The position numbers were made by a program, and so were the translations under genes. This document shows positions 36,902-50,816 of a stretch of 64,000 bases of DNA, in pieces. This DNA comes from Paraspadella gotoi (taxonomy: Eukaryota > Animalia > Chaetognatha). The stretch lies in assembly GCA_051294375.1 (NCBI GenBank), contig CM119263.1, positions 30,257,376-30,321,375 on the forward strand, in the 5' to 3' direction. Each line of letters opens with the position of its first letter. Position 1 is the first letter of the stretch. The notes under the pieces were generated by a model. That model was not told the DNA's origin. It did no database searches and saw only the letters and a list, made by a program, of their open reading frames with translations.

Positions 36902-38482
36902 TTATTTGGAAGTGCTCTGCTTCTTGGGCTTTTCCGAAGTGGAATCGCGAAGAGAAGCGGACGAGCGGCGTCGAGACAGTTTTCGCTCTTTCTTCTCCTG
37001 AAAATCCAAAACAAAAACGTGCTTAGTTTAATTTATTCAATTTAGTTTGTGAATCTATAAAATATTAAATTAATTCATTAATAAAACCTTGTTAAAAGTG
37101 GCTGTTAAAATAAAAATAAAACTAAGAAAGCAAAATACAAAAAAAATATGAGAAATAATCTAAACTTCTGCAATATGCAAAGTAGATTCTTGAAGAACTC
37201 GACCTTATTTGAAATGAACCATAAGTTATTCCACCTCTACATTACACAATAGACGCTCATAACGGATTCTCCCCTTTTCACCTTTTGCCGGATAGCCAAG
37301 AGCTTGGCGTAGTCGTTGGCCTCCTGCTTGGCCTTAGCCACGCGCGCCCGCTTCTGGGCCTTGGCGCGACGGGCGCGTTGAAGAACGAGCGGCGTTATGA
37401 GGCGTTGGATCTTGGGCGCCTTCGTCTTGGGTTTGTCTTGACCCTCCTTTAGTTTCAAGGGTCTGTCGGGAGACAAGGAGAAAGCAATGTAGGAATCGTG
37501 TTCCACACTCAAAATGGTAAGTTGTATCTGACGGTCCTTACCTTCTGACGACGTATTGTCGAACGTCGTCCTCTTTGCTCAAGTTAAATAATTTTCTGAT
37601 CTTTCCCGCTCTCTTCGGGCCCAAGCGACGGGGAATCGTCGTGTCGGTCAAACCTTAGCGTAAAAGAAATTAGTAATATTTTACAAATAACTTGATAACA
37701 TTATATAAAGCGTATTGTTTGTTATATTTGAGAGACAAAAACTATTATGAAAATATCTCAATTTTTCTTACCCGGAATTTCTCCTTCTCCCTTCTTGGCG
37801 ATGATCAAATGAAGAACGGAAAGATTAGAGTCAACGATGCACCTGTCAAAAAGCAAATGGTTGCACCTGTAGCGTCACCGACTAAAACAAAAACCTTGAC
37901 GAAATACAAGCGAAATCATCTTTGGTAAAAACTGACCCCCTGACGCTCCTGCGGTGTCGCTGTCCGTCCCTCCGCGGTCGGTAACACTTGTGATTTTCTC
38001 CCAGCAGCAGCCTCACTCGCCCGTTGGTCAGGACGCCCTGCATCATGGGGAATCCCTGCTTGTCGTTGCCTCCGCCGATGCGAAAGACGTAACCCTGATT
38101 AAAAAAAAGGAAGGAAGAATTTTTTATATTGATTTTGTCAAGCTTTGTCAAGTAATAAATTAATGAATATCATTTTAATATTGTTATTGTATTCGAAAGA
38201 ATTGGGGCGCAGTCCACATGAGAACCTCGTCACACCCGATCCGAAATTTGCTTTCCTTCCGTTGACGACCGACTCGGCGATGGGAGACGCCAAGCCGGTG
38301 CTTTTATTGGAAGGCCTCACCAATCTATCAATCAATGGACTCACCTTCCACTCGTCCCCGAGCGAGTCGCCCGGAACCTCCTGCGCCATCTTCTTGTCGA
38401 AGAAGACGCGGAGTTTCTTGTCGTCTTCGATCTCTATGAGCTTCTGACATCCCGTCGCCGGGTAAGCGATGTTCAACTTCAT
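36902..38482 (-). CDS. RPS6: 40S ribosomal protein S6 (eS6), 6 coding exons
   Basis: [46 protein letters not shown]-terminal [13 protein letters not shown] phospho-region. Confidence 0.98.
38185..38316 (-). ncRNA. Intronic H/ACA snoRNA, SNORA10(ACA10)-like, in the first coding intron of RPS6
   Basis: Hairpin 1 (CCUUCC/GGAAGG; 12-bp ACCGGCUUGGCG/CGCCGAGUCGGU), H box AAAGCA, hairpin 2 (UUCGGA/UUCGAA), ACA 3 nt from the end. Guides are complementary to 18S (..CG-psiG-CUUUUAUU) and 28S (GGAUUG-psiU-CACCC). Confidence 0.82.
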
Positions 38483-38822
38483 TGTTAAAAACCCAGTTTT
38501 TTTAAAACTTTTTACATATATAAACTAGAATCGTAAATTGGGAGAAAAAAGTATCACTTAAAATACGTCGATGGAAAAAAACGATTTTTTTAAAAATTTT
38601 AGCAAATTAACGGAATTTTAACAGAAACGATAAATTTTCGGGTTTTTTTTAAATGCATTTTTGACGTAAAAGTAGTAATGTTGAAATTTTAAAAGTATAA
38701 AGTGTCGTAAACTTGGTCGACTCTTTGAACGCGAAAGAGTTTTCATCTTCGTCGCGATAAAAAAATCCACAGAAAGCGAAGCCACTCGATCCTCAAGGAT
38801 TCGCTTCCGCCGATCGCTTCTT

Positions 38823-41800
38823 TTAAACTTTGAAGCCTCGGCTCTTTCTGCGTCCGCGGGCGCGTTCGAACTTGCGACCCTTGGAGCGAACGCGAGGACG
38901 CGTGCTGGAGTGGGGTTGACCGGGCGCCTTGCCGAAGTAGCGCGTCGAAGTGCGGGCGTTTCGGCAGCCCTAAGGAAACGAGAGAGAAAAATTAGTAGGG
39001 TATTAGTTAGTTAATTATTAAATTTAAATATTACTTTCGCTAATTCACAAGTTTATTGGCAATTTTAGCAAAAAGTAAACAAATTCAGTTTCGTTTTAGT
39101 TTTTCTTCTCCAACTCGACTCACCTGCATCAAGACGGTGTTTTGTCCCTTGGGCGCCTTCAACGCCAACTGGTCAAAGGTCAGCAGTTCTCCGCCGGCTT
39201 TGAGGATGCGTTCGCGAGCGCGCGCCGTGACATGCAGCGCACACAGCGTCAACTTGGGGACTTTGAGAAGACGAAGGTCGTCGGTGATGGTGCCGACGAT
39301 GACGGCGGTCTTTCCGTCACGACCTTTTCGGGTGTCAAGCGAATTCAAGTTACCATTTGATTCATAAATCTTTTTACGCCATTACATAAAAATTTTAGCG
39401 TAAAGATTCAAATCAAAGCAAAAGAATTATAATTAAAGCATTTGTTTACTTAAGGGAACCCAGTGATCGAGGGGGGTCAGGGGGGTAAAAGGCTGATATC
39501 ATAACGTTTGCCCTCAAACTCCCCGATTCCAAAAATGTAATTCTTTCTTCTCTAGTCCAATGGGAAAGTGGTCAAAAAATTCGATGTTGTCAGCTCGCCT
39601 ATTTTTGTTTAAAAATTCGGTAAGGGGCAAATCTTTTCCAAGTTTCAATTTTTTTTCACATAAAGATGGTATAGAATTTTTTTTTTGTTTCCAACTTTAC
39701 ACTAAAAATTAATTCTTGAATCCGACAATGACGACAACGAACATAACGAAAAAGACGAAAAAGACAAAAACCAATAGAATAGAGATGACGAAAACGACGG
39801 CGAAGACGAAAAAATGGATAACAAAACAAAAACAACGACGAAACGTCGACGACGAAATGATAACAAAGACGACAACAACAACAAAAACGATGATGAAAGC
39901 AACAACAGACGATGACAACAACGATGAAGACGACAACGACGAAGATGACAACAATAACAACAACAATGAAACAACGACAAAGACGACAACAAAAACATCA
40001 AAGACGACGACAACAATAACGATGACAAAAACGAAAACTCCGAAAACGACAACGAAGACGACAACAAACGACGACGAAAACGACAAAAAACAAAGAGCGA
40101 AAAACGGACGACGAAAATGAAGGCGAAGACCATGACAAAAAAATATGACAAAGTAAAAAGACAAAGAGTACGGCAGCAAAAAAGAGAGAGAGAAAGAAAG
40201 AAGAAAGAGAGAGAAAGAAGAGAACTCGGAAAGAGAGGTTTCAAATTTAAGCAAGCAGCGGGATTTAGTTGACTGTTGATTCTCTCTCTCTCTTCTCTCT
40301 TTCTCTCTCTCTTTCTCTCCGACGTAAACAGATTCCAAAAGTACAGATTAATAAGTTAATCATTGACATTGTGATTGTGATGACGAAAACGACAAAACAA
40401 TAACAAAAAATACAGTGAATATGACGAAAAAAAAGTTGAGAAAACGACGACGAAGAGGAAGACAAAACCGACAACGAAAAGACAAGAAAGAGAAAACGAC
40501 GACGAAGAGGAAGACAAAACGACAACGAAAAAGACAAAGAAGACGAAAACGACGACGAAGAGGAAGACAAACCGACAACGAAAAAGACAAAGAAGACGAA
40601 AACACGACGAAGACGACGACGAAAAGATGAGCCGAAACAACGAAGATGAAAACGATGGTGAAGATGACGGCAAAGACGAATTCATAAACACTTCAATGAT
40701 TTTTTATTATAAATTTTTTGACATAGTGGTAATAACCTTTCTTTTTCGTTGTTATGTGTATTAGAGGCAATTTGGTTTCCTCACCACTTGACCACTATTC
40801 TTTCTCAACTCTGTGTGGGAAACTTTGCCTATCACTCTCTCTTGTAGAGAAAGCCCCGACAGACCGACCAAGTATTGACGGACGAAGGACGAGAGACCGA
40901 GTTCGTCGGACTGACCAGTGACCGGACTGATATTGACCGTACGACTCATTCGCACTCTCTCTCTTTCTTCTCTCTTACCGGTTTCTCCCGCCCTTTCTCT
41001 CTAATACTTTCCTTGGACAAGACCAGACAGACCGAGTTTAGTTCACTTTGATCACGATTTGTTTACGATTTTCTTTGGACACAAACTATTTTCTCCGGAT
41101 TTTTTGTACGATTTTTTGCTTGATTCACGTCGGATTTTCTGCTCGATTTACTGCTCGATTATATTCCATTTACATTTATATTTCGTCTCATTATTTGGTT
41201 CCAGTTTCGAGTCTTTTCTCTTCGAGATATTTTCGACTTTCGAGATCCGTCAGATTTACGTTTACTTCTCTCTCACGACGAGCCACGCCTACCTCGCGAC
41301 GCGGGAGAGCCAAGTCTCTCTACACTCTCTCTCACTCTCTCTCCCTTCTTTCACACAAAAAACTGTCTAACAATTCACAAATTATTTGATGCTGATGAAG
41401 GCTTGCATTCCAAGCCGAAACGTTTCGAAACGTTTCTTTGAAATAAAAATTTGTTGTAAACTGAAACCAAATTGCCTATAAATTTATTATAGATAGAGAT
41501 GAGAGAGAAAGAAAAACATAAAATTATGATAAAATCAACATGCTATTTCAATTTTATTATCAATTCAATTTTGAAATTCAGCCCTGCAGACGTATTTTTC
41601 TGACTTTTAGGAACTCAAATGATTCCAACAAAGACGAAGACGACGACGAACTCTTTGTACTCTGTACCCTTAGTGCCGTAGTACTGTAGTGGTTTTTCTG
41701 TTTGAAAAATTGATTAAGAATTAAATGTTATTCATTCACTGTTTACTAACTTTACAATAGCATTTCAGTTTCAAAAACGGCATATTATAGTTGAAATTTG

Positions 41801-43264
41801 TCCAGTTTTTTTCGTTTGATGTTGAGTTCATCACTTTCCGTCTGGGCCACTTCGTAAGCTGATTATTTTTTTTTCTCAAAAAACAAAAAAAATTTAAAAA
41901 AATCAGGAATGGATAAAAATTTAAGGTATGGAAAAATTTTAATTAAAGTTTCTTTTAAAGTCAAATCATTAATTGGATCAAAGTGTAACCTCTAACATTA
42001 GTACAAGTATAAGAAGAAGGGAAGCGCTCTTTATCTCTCCTAGAATTCAATCTGTTGTGAACAAGAGTCAAAGGAAACCGGAAAGATATTTCAGGGGTCA
42101 TGAAAAATGTTTACCAAATGAAATAACATCCTTGTTCCAATTTTAAGAGGGATTTGGTTTTTTTTTCTGTACTTTCCTGTGCGTTTCTGAAAAATATAAT
42201 ACCACCATTAAAATTCCTTTATTAAAGGAGGCCCAGACGCAAGAATTCTGCTTTCTGCATTAAAAAATAAAAATTCGAAATTCATGGAAAAATGACTTCC
42301 CAAGTGAAAGTAAGAGAATGGAGGGTATCAGTATTTAGGGGAGATCAATTAAAAAATTTTCCAATAAATATCTCGTCCTTGTTCGAATTGCAACAAGGAG
42401 ATGAGAATTTTTTCTCCACTTTCCCGCGCGAAGAAAAATTAATGACTATCACCATTCGAATTCCTTTAATGATAGACCCTTAAGCTTATGATATCATTTT
42501 TATCACTGGGTCCCCTTAAGCCTTGTTTTGAATTTTTTGTTTCCAGCTCATCTACAACTCTCTTTGAAGCCCAATATTGTTTAAATTCCATCCCAAAATT
42601 CAAACTTGTTCTCGGCAATATGAAAATGAAAAGTTTATTTTTTTTTATAAATAAAAGATGGAGGATAAAAAAAAATTGACCGAGAAAAAATAATAGTAAA
42701 TCAAATGGCCAGAAGACAGAAGCCAAAAGCCAACGATTGTTTATAGATTTTGAAAGAACAATGGAGGCAAAGAGGAGGAGGAGGAAGAGGAGGAAGAGAA
42801 GAAAAAGAAGACGACGACGACGACGACGAAGAAGCCGCGAAAAAAAAGACAATATCCGACGCGACGCTTTCGAATCAACTACCCTGGCTTCCAAACATTC
42901 GGTATCTCACGGTGGCTTCGCAAAAAAAGTTTCCCTCTCTGATTCACCAAACGCCTCACCTTTCTCGAGTCTCGACTTACCCGGTTTCTTCATCATCCTG
43001 GAGACGCGAGCGATGGACATCGGCGGGCGGTTGACGCGGCTCATGTAGAGACGCTTGAGGACCACCTGAGGGGGTGATTGGTTCTCGGTTAGATTCGATT
43101 AGCGGTGATTGGTGAATTGATTGAATCACCTTGTTGAACTTGGACTCGGTCCTTCTGGCCAAGAACCGGTAGAGCTTGACGAGCAGACGGAGATAGATGT
43201 CCTTGCTTTTCGGTTCCGTCCGTCTCGACTTCCTCATGTACTTGTGACTGATGTCGACTCCCAT
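38823..43264 (-). CDS. RPL18: 60S ribosomal protein L18 (eL18), 4 coding exons with a 3.66-kb intron 2
   Basis: [78 protein letters not shown]. Confidence 0.98.
39720..40680. repeat. Degenerate (ACG/AAC/GAA)n low-complexity tract
   Basis: Direct reading; source of T/K- and F/V/S-rich spurious ORFs. Confidence 0.9.
41385..41446 (+). ncRNA. Hammerhead-ribozyme-like motif (type I, Penelope-type), stem I degenerate
   Basis: CTGATGA-A-GGCTTG cattc CAAGCC-GAAAC, with stem III ACGTTT/AAACGT followed by a GUH-type site. Confidence 0.55.
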
Positions 43265-43733
43265 TTTCGACACTTGGACTACTATCCCTCTTTACTTTAT
43301 TTTAAGTCCTCCTTTTTTAAACTTAATATTTTCTTAACAAATCTAGCAAAGGCGTTTTGAATAGGAAAAAAGAATTATCCATTATTTTTTTATAAATTAA
43401 TTATCGCTTCCAATTTTTTTTCAAAAACATAACATTTAGGGAAAAGACAACCAAAAAAATCCCCGCGGAAATCGAAAGAGAACGATTATTTTTGATGGCG
43501 ATACACCCCCCCGCTACTCCCCCCCCCCACATTCGGACTGCGACGACGAGAATCGTAACAAGAGACGCAGACGAAGATGCAAATCAAGATGACATTGGAA
43601 ATGCAGTCAAGTCTACTGCCTGGAAATGCAGTCAAGTCTACTGCCGTGAAATGCAGTCGAGGGCGAAACGAATACGATCAAGATCACTTCTCAAAAAAAA
43701 GATCAAGATCGTGAGTCCCCCTCGCGTGGAGTC

Positions 43734-44860
43734 TTATTCCGAGTCGACGTTGACAGTGTGGAGGCCTTTGAAGGAGGTCGTGGGCACGTGGGTCACGTAG
43801 GTGTAGAGTTTGTGGACGCTGTCTTCGTCCTCGTTACGTTTGCGGGCCAATCTGTGGAATAAGAGATGGTCACGATTGTAATTTGTTGTTATTGGCAAAG
43901 ATTATCGGAGGCTTTGAGAGACTGACCTGACCCTGACTCTGACCGGGACGCCCTTGACGCCTTTAGACCAGAGATGCTTGTTGAGGCGAGTGTCGATGCG
44001 AACGTCCGACGTGCCCATCTGCTTGACGGCGAATTCCCGGACAGCCTGAGAGAAAGGGGTAATAGGGGAGAGAGAGGGAAGGAAAGTGAGTCGTAATGGG
44101 GCTGAGAAAGAAAGATTTTTCTAATCCTCTGCTGCTCAGAGAATTAAAAAGAATTTTAAAGATGTCAAGAAAAATGAGTTTTAAATACAGTTCTAAAAAT
44201 ACCCTAACCACAAAAATATTAAAATAAGGCCTTTCGAGTACAAAGCAGAGAGTTTTTATTTTATAACGATATTGAAGAGACAGTAATAATTGTTGTGTTA
44301 GTGACAGAACCGTTCAATATAAGCAATTTCTGAGCTTTGGATCAGGCTGTAAGTGTAACACCGTGTTACAGGCGGGTTAATCGCCCTGTCAGTCATAACT
44401 GCTAGGCGACCACCGGGCTAGAACCCCGGACCTTTGGGTTGGGAGGCGAATGACTTGCCTCCGGCACCAATGGCCGCTGATGATTGATTGGTGGATTTTA
44501 GTCCACCATAATATATATATATGTGTACGAATTCCGAAACAACGAAAAGAAAGGAAATTACATAAAATAAAGCCATATAACTTTTTTTGATAAAAATAGA
44601 AAAATCATGCGAAACGAAGAAAGATTTAACATAAAACGCCATTGAAACAAATTATTCTACGTCTCGAAACAAATTACTTCAATATGCAAATGAGATTTTT
44701 AGGATCAAGGTGCCGTGAATCCAACCTTGATGGCCCTGGGCGCCCTCTTCTTGGAGCCGATCCCGAAGATCCTCTTGTGAAGGTGGACCGTGTACTCGCG
44801 AGTGACGACCTCGTTGATGGCGCTCTTCCGTTGTCGCTCGCTCTTCTTCGCCGCAGGCAT
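43734..44860 (-). CDS. RPL31: 60S ribosomal protein L31 (eL31), 3 coding exons
   Basis: [68 protein letters not shown]. Confidence 0.97.
44272..44510 (-). mobile_element. tRNA-derived SINE-like repeat, copy 2 (RPL31 intron)
   Basis: Reverse complement aligns along its length with 25891-26126. Confidence 0.75.
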
Positions 44861-45142
44861 TTTTAGTTTTAAAAGTTTATCCCTTAAATTTAAATCTGAA
44901 GATACGCCAAAAAAAAAATGTACCAATTTCATAAGGGGGGGAATGAGGAATCATTTCGGTAAATGGCGTTTGATGCCTAAAACGTAACAAATAATCCAAA
45001 ACGAAATAGAAAGATGGCGACACAGAGAACATTATAAAGATTTAAAGTTCATTAAAAATTTAAATTATAAAAAATGGGCAAAAATGAAAATAGCCACAAG
45101 ATGAAACGCGACATCACAATAAAACAATCACAAAAATATCAA

Positions 45143-46904
<1,762 letters not shown>

Positions 46905-47195
46905 CTTTCAATTTTAGAAAATAGTCGCTCGAATATTTTCATTCAAATTAACATTTCTTTTCGCCAAAAAAAAATGCGCTAGATTTAAATAACGAACTGA
47001 CAAATTGGGACTAGTCGAGTTTTTGAAAAAGACGAGAAAAGGAGGGAGAGAAAAGCAGAGAAAGGTTAGTAAAGTTAGCGTTCGTTGACGGCCAAGTAAT
47101 TAGCGTTAGAGATCTCGAGTCAGGCCCTCGAAGTTAACCATGTCTCAATGTTCTCTTCTATCACCATTTCTTCTTCATCCTCCTCCTCTTCCTCC

Positions 47196-50100
47196 TCACA
47201 AAAATGGCTCGATGTTGATCTCCATCGCGGAGACGGGAAGAAGAAGATCGAAGGAGGCAATTACATCCGGGTGGAGGACGCCGAGTCGACCCACGGAATT
47301 TCCGGCGACGAGAATGTCGGCGCATCGTCCGGGAAAGAAGGTTGAGTCGTCGACGGGGGAAATGGAGTAACCAGCTGGGGTTTTGTAGGGGACGTTGAGG
47401 AGCTGGGGGGTAGACGGGGGAGAATCTAGATTGTTAAAATATGTTTTTAAAAATCGATTTGGTTTATAACTTTCTTACGAAGAAATGACACAGGAATTGA
47501 CACGTTCATTTTACAGGTAACATTCATTCTTTAAAATTGAACAATTTAACAATTGTCCGACGTCTCACCTGCATGACCCTGTCCATGAGACCGTGGACGA
47601 TCTCGAATCCGGAAGTCTTGGCCATGAAGACGGCGCAGAGGCGTCGCTCGTTTTTCGCTCCGACGTCGCGACTCGCGTCTTTGACGACGATGTCCGAGAT
47701 CTCGAAGAGTTTGAGCGGAAGTGGGAGGCGACGGTTGGCGGCGAGGGTGCGGAGGATGCCGGGGAGGAGGCGGGTGCGGGCCACCTGGAAGAGGTTGAAG
47801 GGGAAAGGCAAAACGTTCAAACCTAATCTACATAACCGGTAAATTTCTGACTAATTTCAATTACTTTTAACTATAAAACTACTACACTTCAATCGAGCTG
47901 TTCCGCAGTCGTAGGAGACCTAAAACAGAAGAAAACCCGCCACAGCTTTAGCTGAAAATCTCTGGCCAAATTCAAGAGTTCCTAACTTCTTTCTCTAATC
48001 AACAAATCAGATGTCTCAAAAAAATATATTTAATTGCACTGTAAAATGAAAATGAGCTCGATTTCGATCCGAAATGTTTAATGACCTGAAAGTCTTGCGT
48101 CTTGGGATTCCCGATGTGCACGGCACCAGATGTCTCTAATGGTTGCCGCAATTTAGCGGATACGTCATCCCTAAAACACGATGTCGTGCAATAAACAGTA
48201 CAGGATCATCATTATTTAGAAAAATAATCATTAATCACCCACACTTGAGCCGACCTGCTACAGAGCGCGAAGGTGAGCACTTCGCAAAATCCCGAGGCGG
48301 CGATCTCGTGCCTCAACGCGTCCGTCAACTTGTTGAGCGGGAACTGTGCTGCAATTGTGTTGGTATTGGGAATCGTCTTGACGATGTTGTTGTAGCCGAA
48401 GGCGATGGCGACGTCTTCGGCGACGTCGATGGGGTGAATCACGTCCGCGCGGGTGGGCGGCACGAGGACGTCGAGGATCGGGGATCTGGGAACAAATAAA
48501 AGAGAGACAAATAACATTAACAATAACGCGGACAACTCCTCCAACCGACTTACCCCTGATCATCAACCACATCCGTCTTCAAGCACATCCGGGTCAAGAG
48601 ATTCGCCATTCGATCCGCGTCTAAATCGATCCCTATTCGTTTGTTGATGTACGATGGTGAGATTCGCTCGTGGCGGTAGGGAAGAGCTGTGGAAAGTGGA
48701 CAATGGAAAGGTGAAAAGGACATCGTTAATAATAATATACGAAAAGAGCGATAGACGAATTTCAACAATGACTAACAACGACGAGCAAAATAAGAACATT
48801 TACGAACTCCCAACTCCCACCCCATTCACCGGGAAACTCGGTGGTGTTCCCGTCGGCGCCGACGACGACTCCAGGTTCGACGGTGAACTTTCGATCGCAA
48901 TATTCGGAGAACATGGAGACGATAATGTCAAGGACGATCTTGGCTTTGGTCAGATCCGTCGCCGTGCACTCGATGAACACGTTGCGAGTGCCCAAGTGGA
49001 TTCTGGCCAAAGGGAGGCAAGGGGCGGAATTAGATCGGGGGGAAAGAGATGGGAAACGGGGGAAAGGAAAGGGAGGGAGAGAATAAGTGGAAGAGGGAAA
49101 GAACTGACTTGGAATGATTTCCGTTGATGATGGGAGGCATCGAGAGGACGACGCGGTTGGCGTCGTAGATGATGGGGTAGACTGGGGAGTCGCGAATGAT
49201 GGGGAGAAACTGGCGGAGATGGAGATCAGTCGAGTAGAGGCTCATCAACTCCGTCTAGAGGGAAAGTGGAATTTGATGACGTACTTAAGTTTTCATTTTA
49301 GGAAAATTAAGTCAAAGTTTACTAAAGAAAAGTTCAAATAGCTAGTTCAAAGTAAGGGGCAAGACAGCACATTTCTTGAATGAATGGATATTTTTCATAT
49401 TGGTTGTAGCCCGAAATAAAAGGTACAAGAACTAATAAAAGGAGAAAAACTTAAGACAATATTCATGGAAACAATTACAATTACGGCAATGTGCAAATGA
49501 GAAGAAAGCAAACTTACAGCTGTGTATTCCTTGTCCTTATTGAGAGGACAGAATTTGATTTGGTCGGGCGGTCGGGCCTCGTAGGAGAATGGCCCGACGA
49601 GCGTGTCCAAATCGTGAGTCCCGATCGCCACGAGTGATCTTTATGAGAAGGAGAAACTTAGCGGTCACAAAACTCCAGTTAAAGCAGAGTCAATACTCCA
49701 CGTACCGTTTCCTGCAGATGTTCTGATGCAGCTTCTCCTGCAGTTCGATGAAGCTATCGTATCTCTCCTTGGTGAAAGTGACGCCTCTCAGCGTCGCGCA
49801 GACGACGAAGGGACGAATCTGCTTCGTCGAAGGATCGACCTTCATCGTCTGAGAAGATGGAGTAGATACTTTTTCGTAGACCGGGATCGAGGCTTTGTTC
49901 TGAAGACCGGATAGGGTAGTAAAAATTATTATCAATTCAATTACTTGTTTAATCATTAAAACTAACTCACCATGAAGATCAGCAAAGCCCTGACGAGCCC
50001 TTCGAGACACAAAAGGTCGTATCGATTGGCGGGGATATCGATCTTGAAGACGGTTCGTTCCTCGCCCGACTCTTCATTCTTCTCGACGACGACGTCGTCC

Positions 50101-50204
50101 AACTCGAGACCGAAATCGAAGCACAACTGATCAAATTCTTTGTCCGTGAAGCGTCGCCCGAGGGCGTCGAAGAGCCGCTCGCGGCCCAAGGAGATCGTCG
50201 GCAT
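47196..50204 (-). CDS. FARSB: Phenylalanine-tRNA ligase beta subunit, 10 exons
   Basis: MPTI..., [71 protein letters not shown], ends EINIEPFL*. Confidence 0.97.
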
Positions 50205-50326
50205 CGCGACGAAAATCGAAAGAGTTTGGCGAGTCGGAAAGAGGAATGACTAAAGTTCTCGTTCCACGGAACCGGCTGAGTAACCCGCGTTTATCAATCT
50301 TATGAAGCAAAGGTACAAACAAAATT

Positions 50327-50554
50327 TTATTGAGATTAAAGACGAAGTCTTTTTACATAAACGATTAATTTTTATTATTTAACAGACATGTTTCGGCTTT
50401 AATGTAAGTCGCCTCACCTTCATCAGCGCTTTGACAATTTCACATTTTTGGGTGAAATTGTCAAAGCGCTGATGAAAGCTTGCATTAAAGCCGAAACATG
50501 TCTGTTAAATAATAAAAATCTATCGTAAAAAGACTTCGCCTTTAATTTCAATAA
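50327..50554. repeat. ~228-bp near-perfect palindrome carrying a hammerhead-like motif on each strand
   Basis: Arms of ~110 bp around the loop ATTTTTGG; plus strand CTGATGA(50469)...GAAACATGTC(50502), minus strand CTGATGA(50426)...GAAACATGTC(50385). Confidence 0.85.
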
Positions 50555-50816
50555 TACCTAAAGACAACGAAAAGAAAGAATATTCGCGAACAAAATCTTG
50601 AAAAAAGAATCGAATTAATTGGCTTTAATTCAAGCGAAGCAATAAATCTATTATCGCCCTATCATTGATTACTGGACTAAAACAATCCGAATAATAAAAA
50701 CAAATACGAAATACATAGAAATATTCTAAGAAAAAATAACAATAACATTTTAATCATAGAAAACAAAACCAAAAAAATATCACGAAGGTAAATATCACAA
50801 TTGCAGGATAATAATG

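Larger units (their letters stand above)
39454..42515. mobile_element. Non-autonomous TTAA-flanked TIR DNA transposon (Kolobok-like) filling RPL18 intron 2
   Basis: TTAA|GGGAACCCAGTGAT at 39450-39467 and ATCACTGGGTCCCC|TTAA at 42502-42519 (13/14 TIR match), plus a subterminal TGATATCATAA inverted match; no transposase ORF. Confidence 0.65.
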
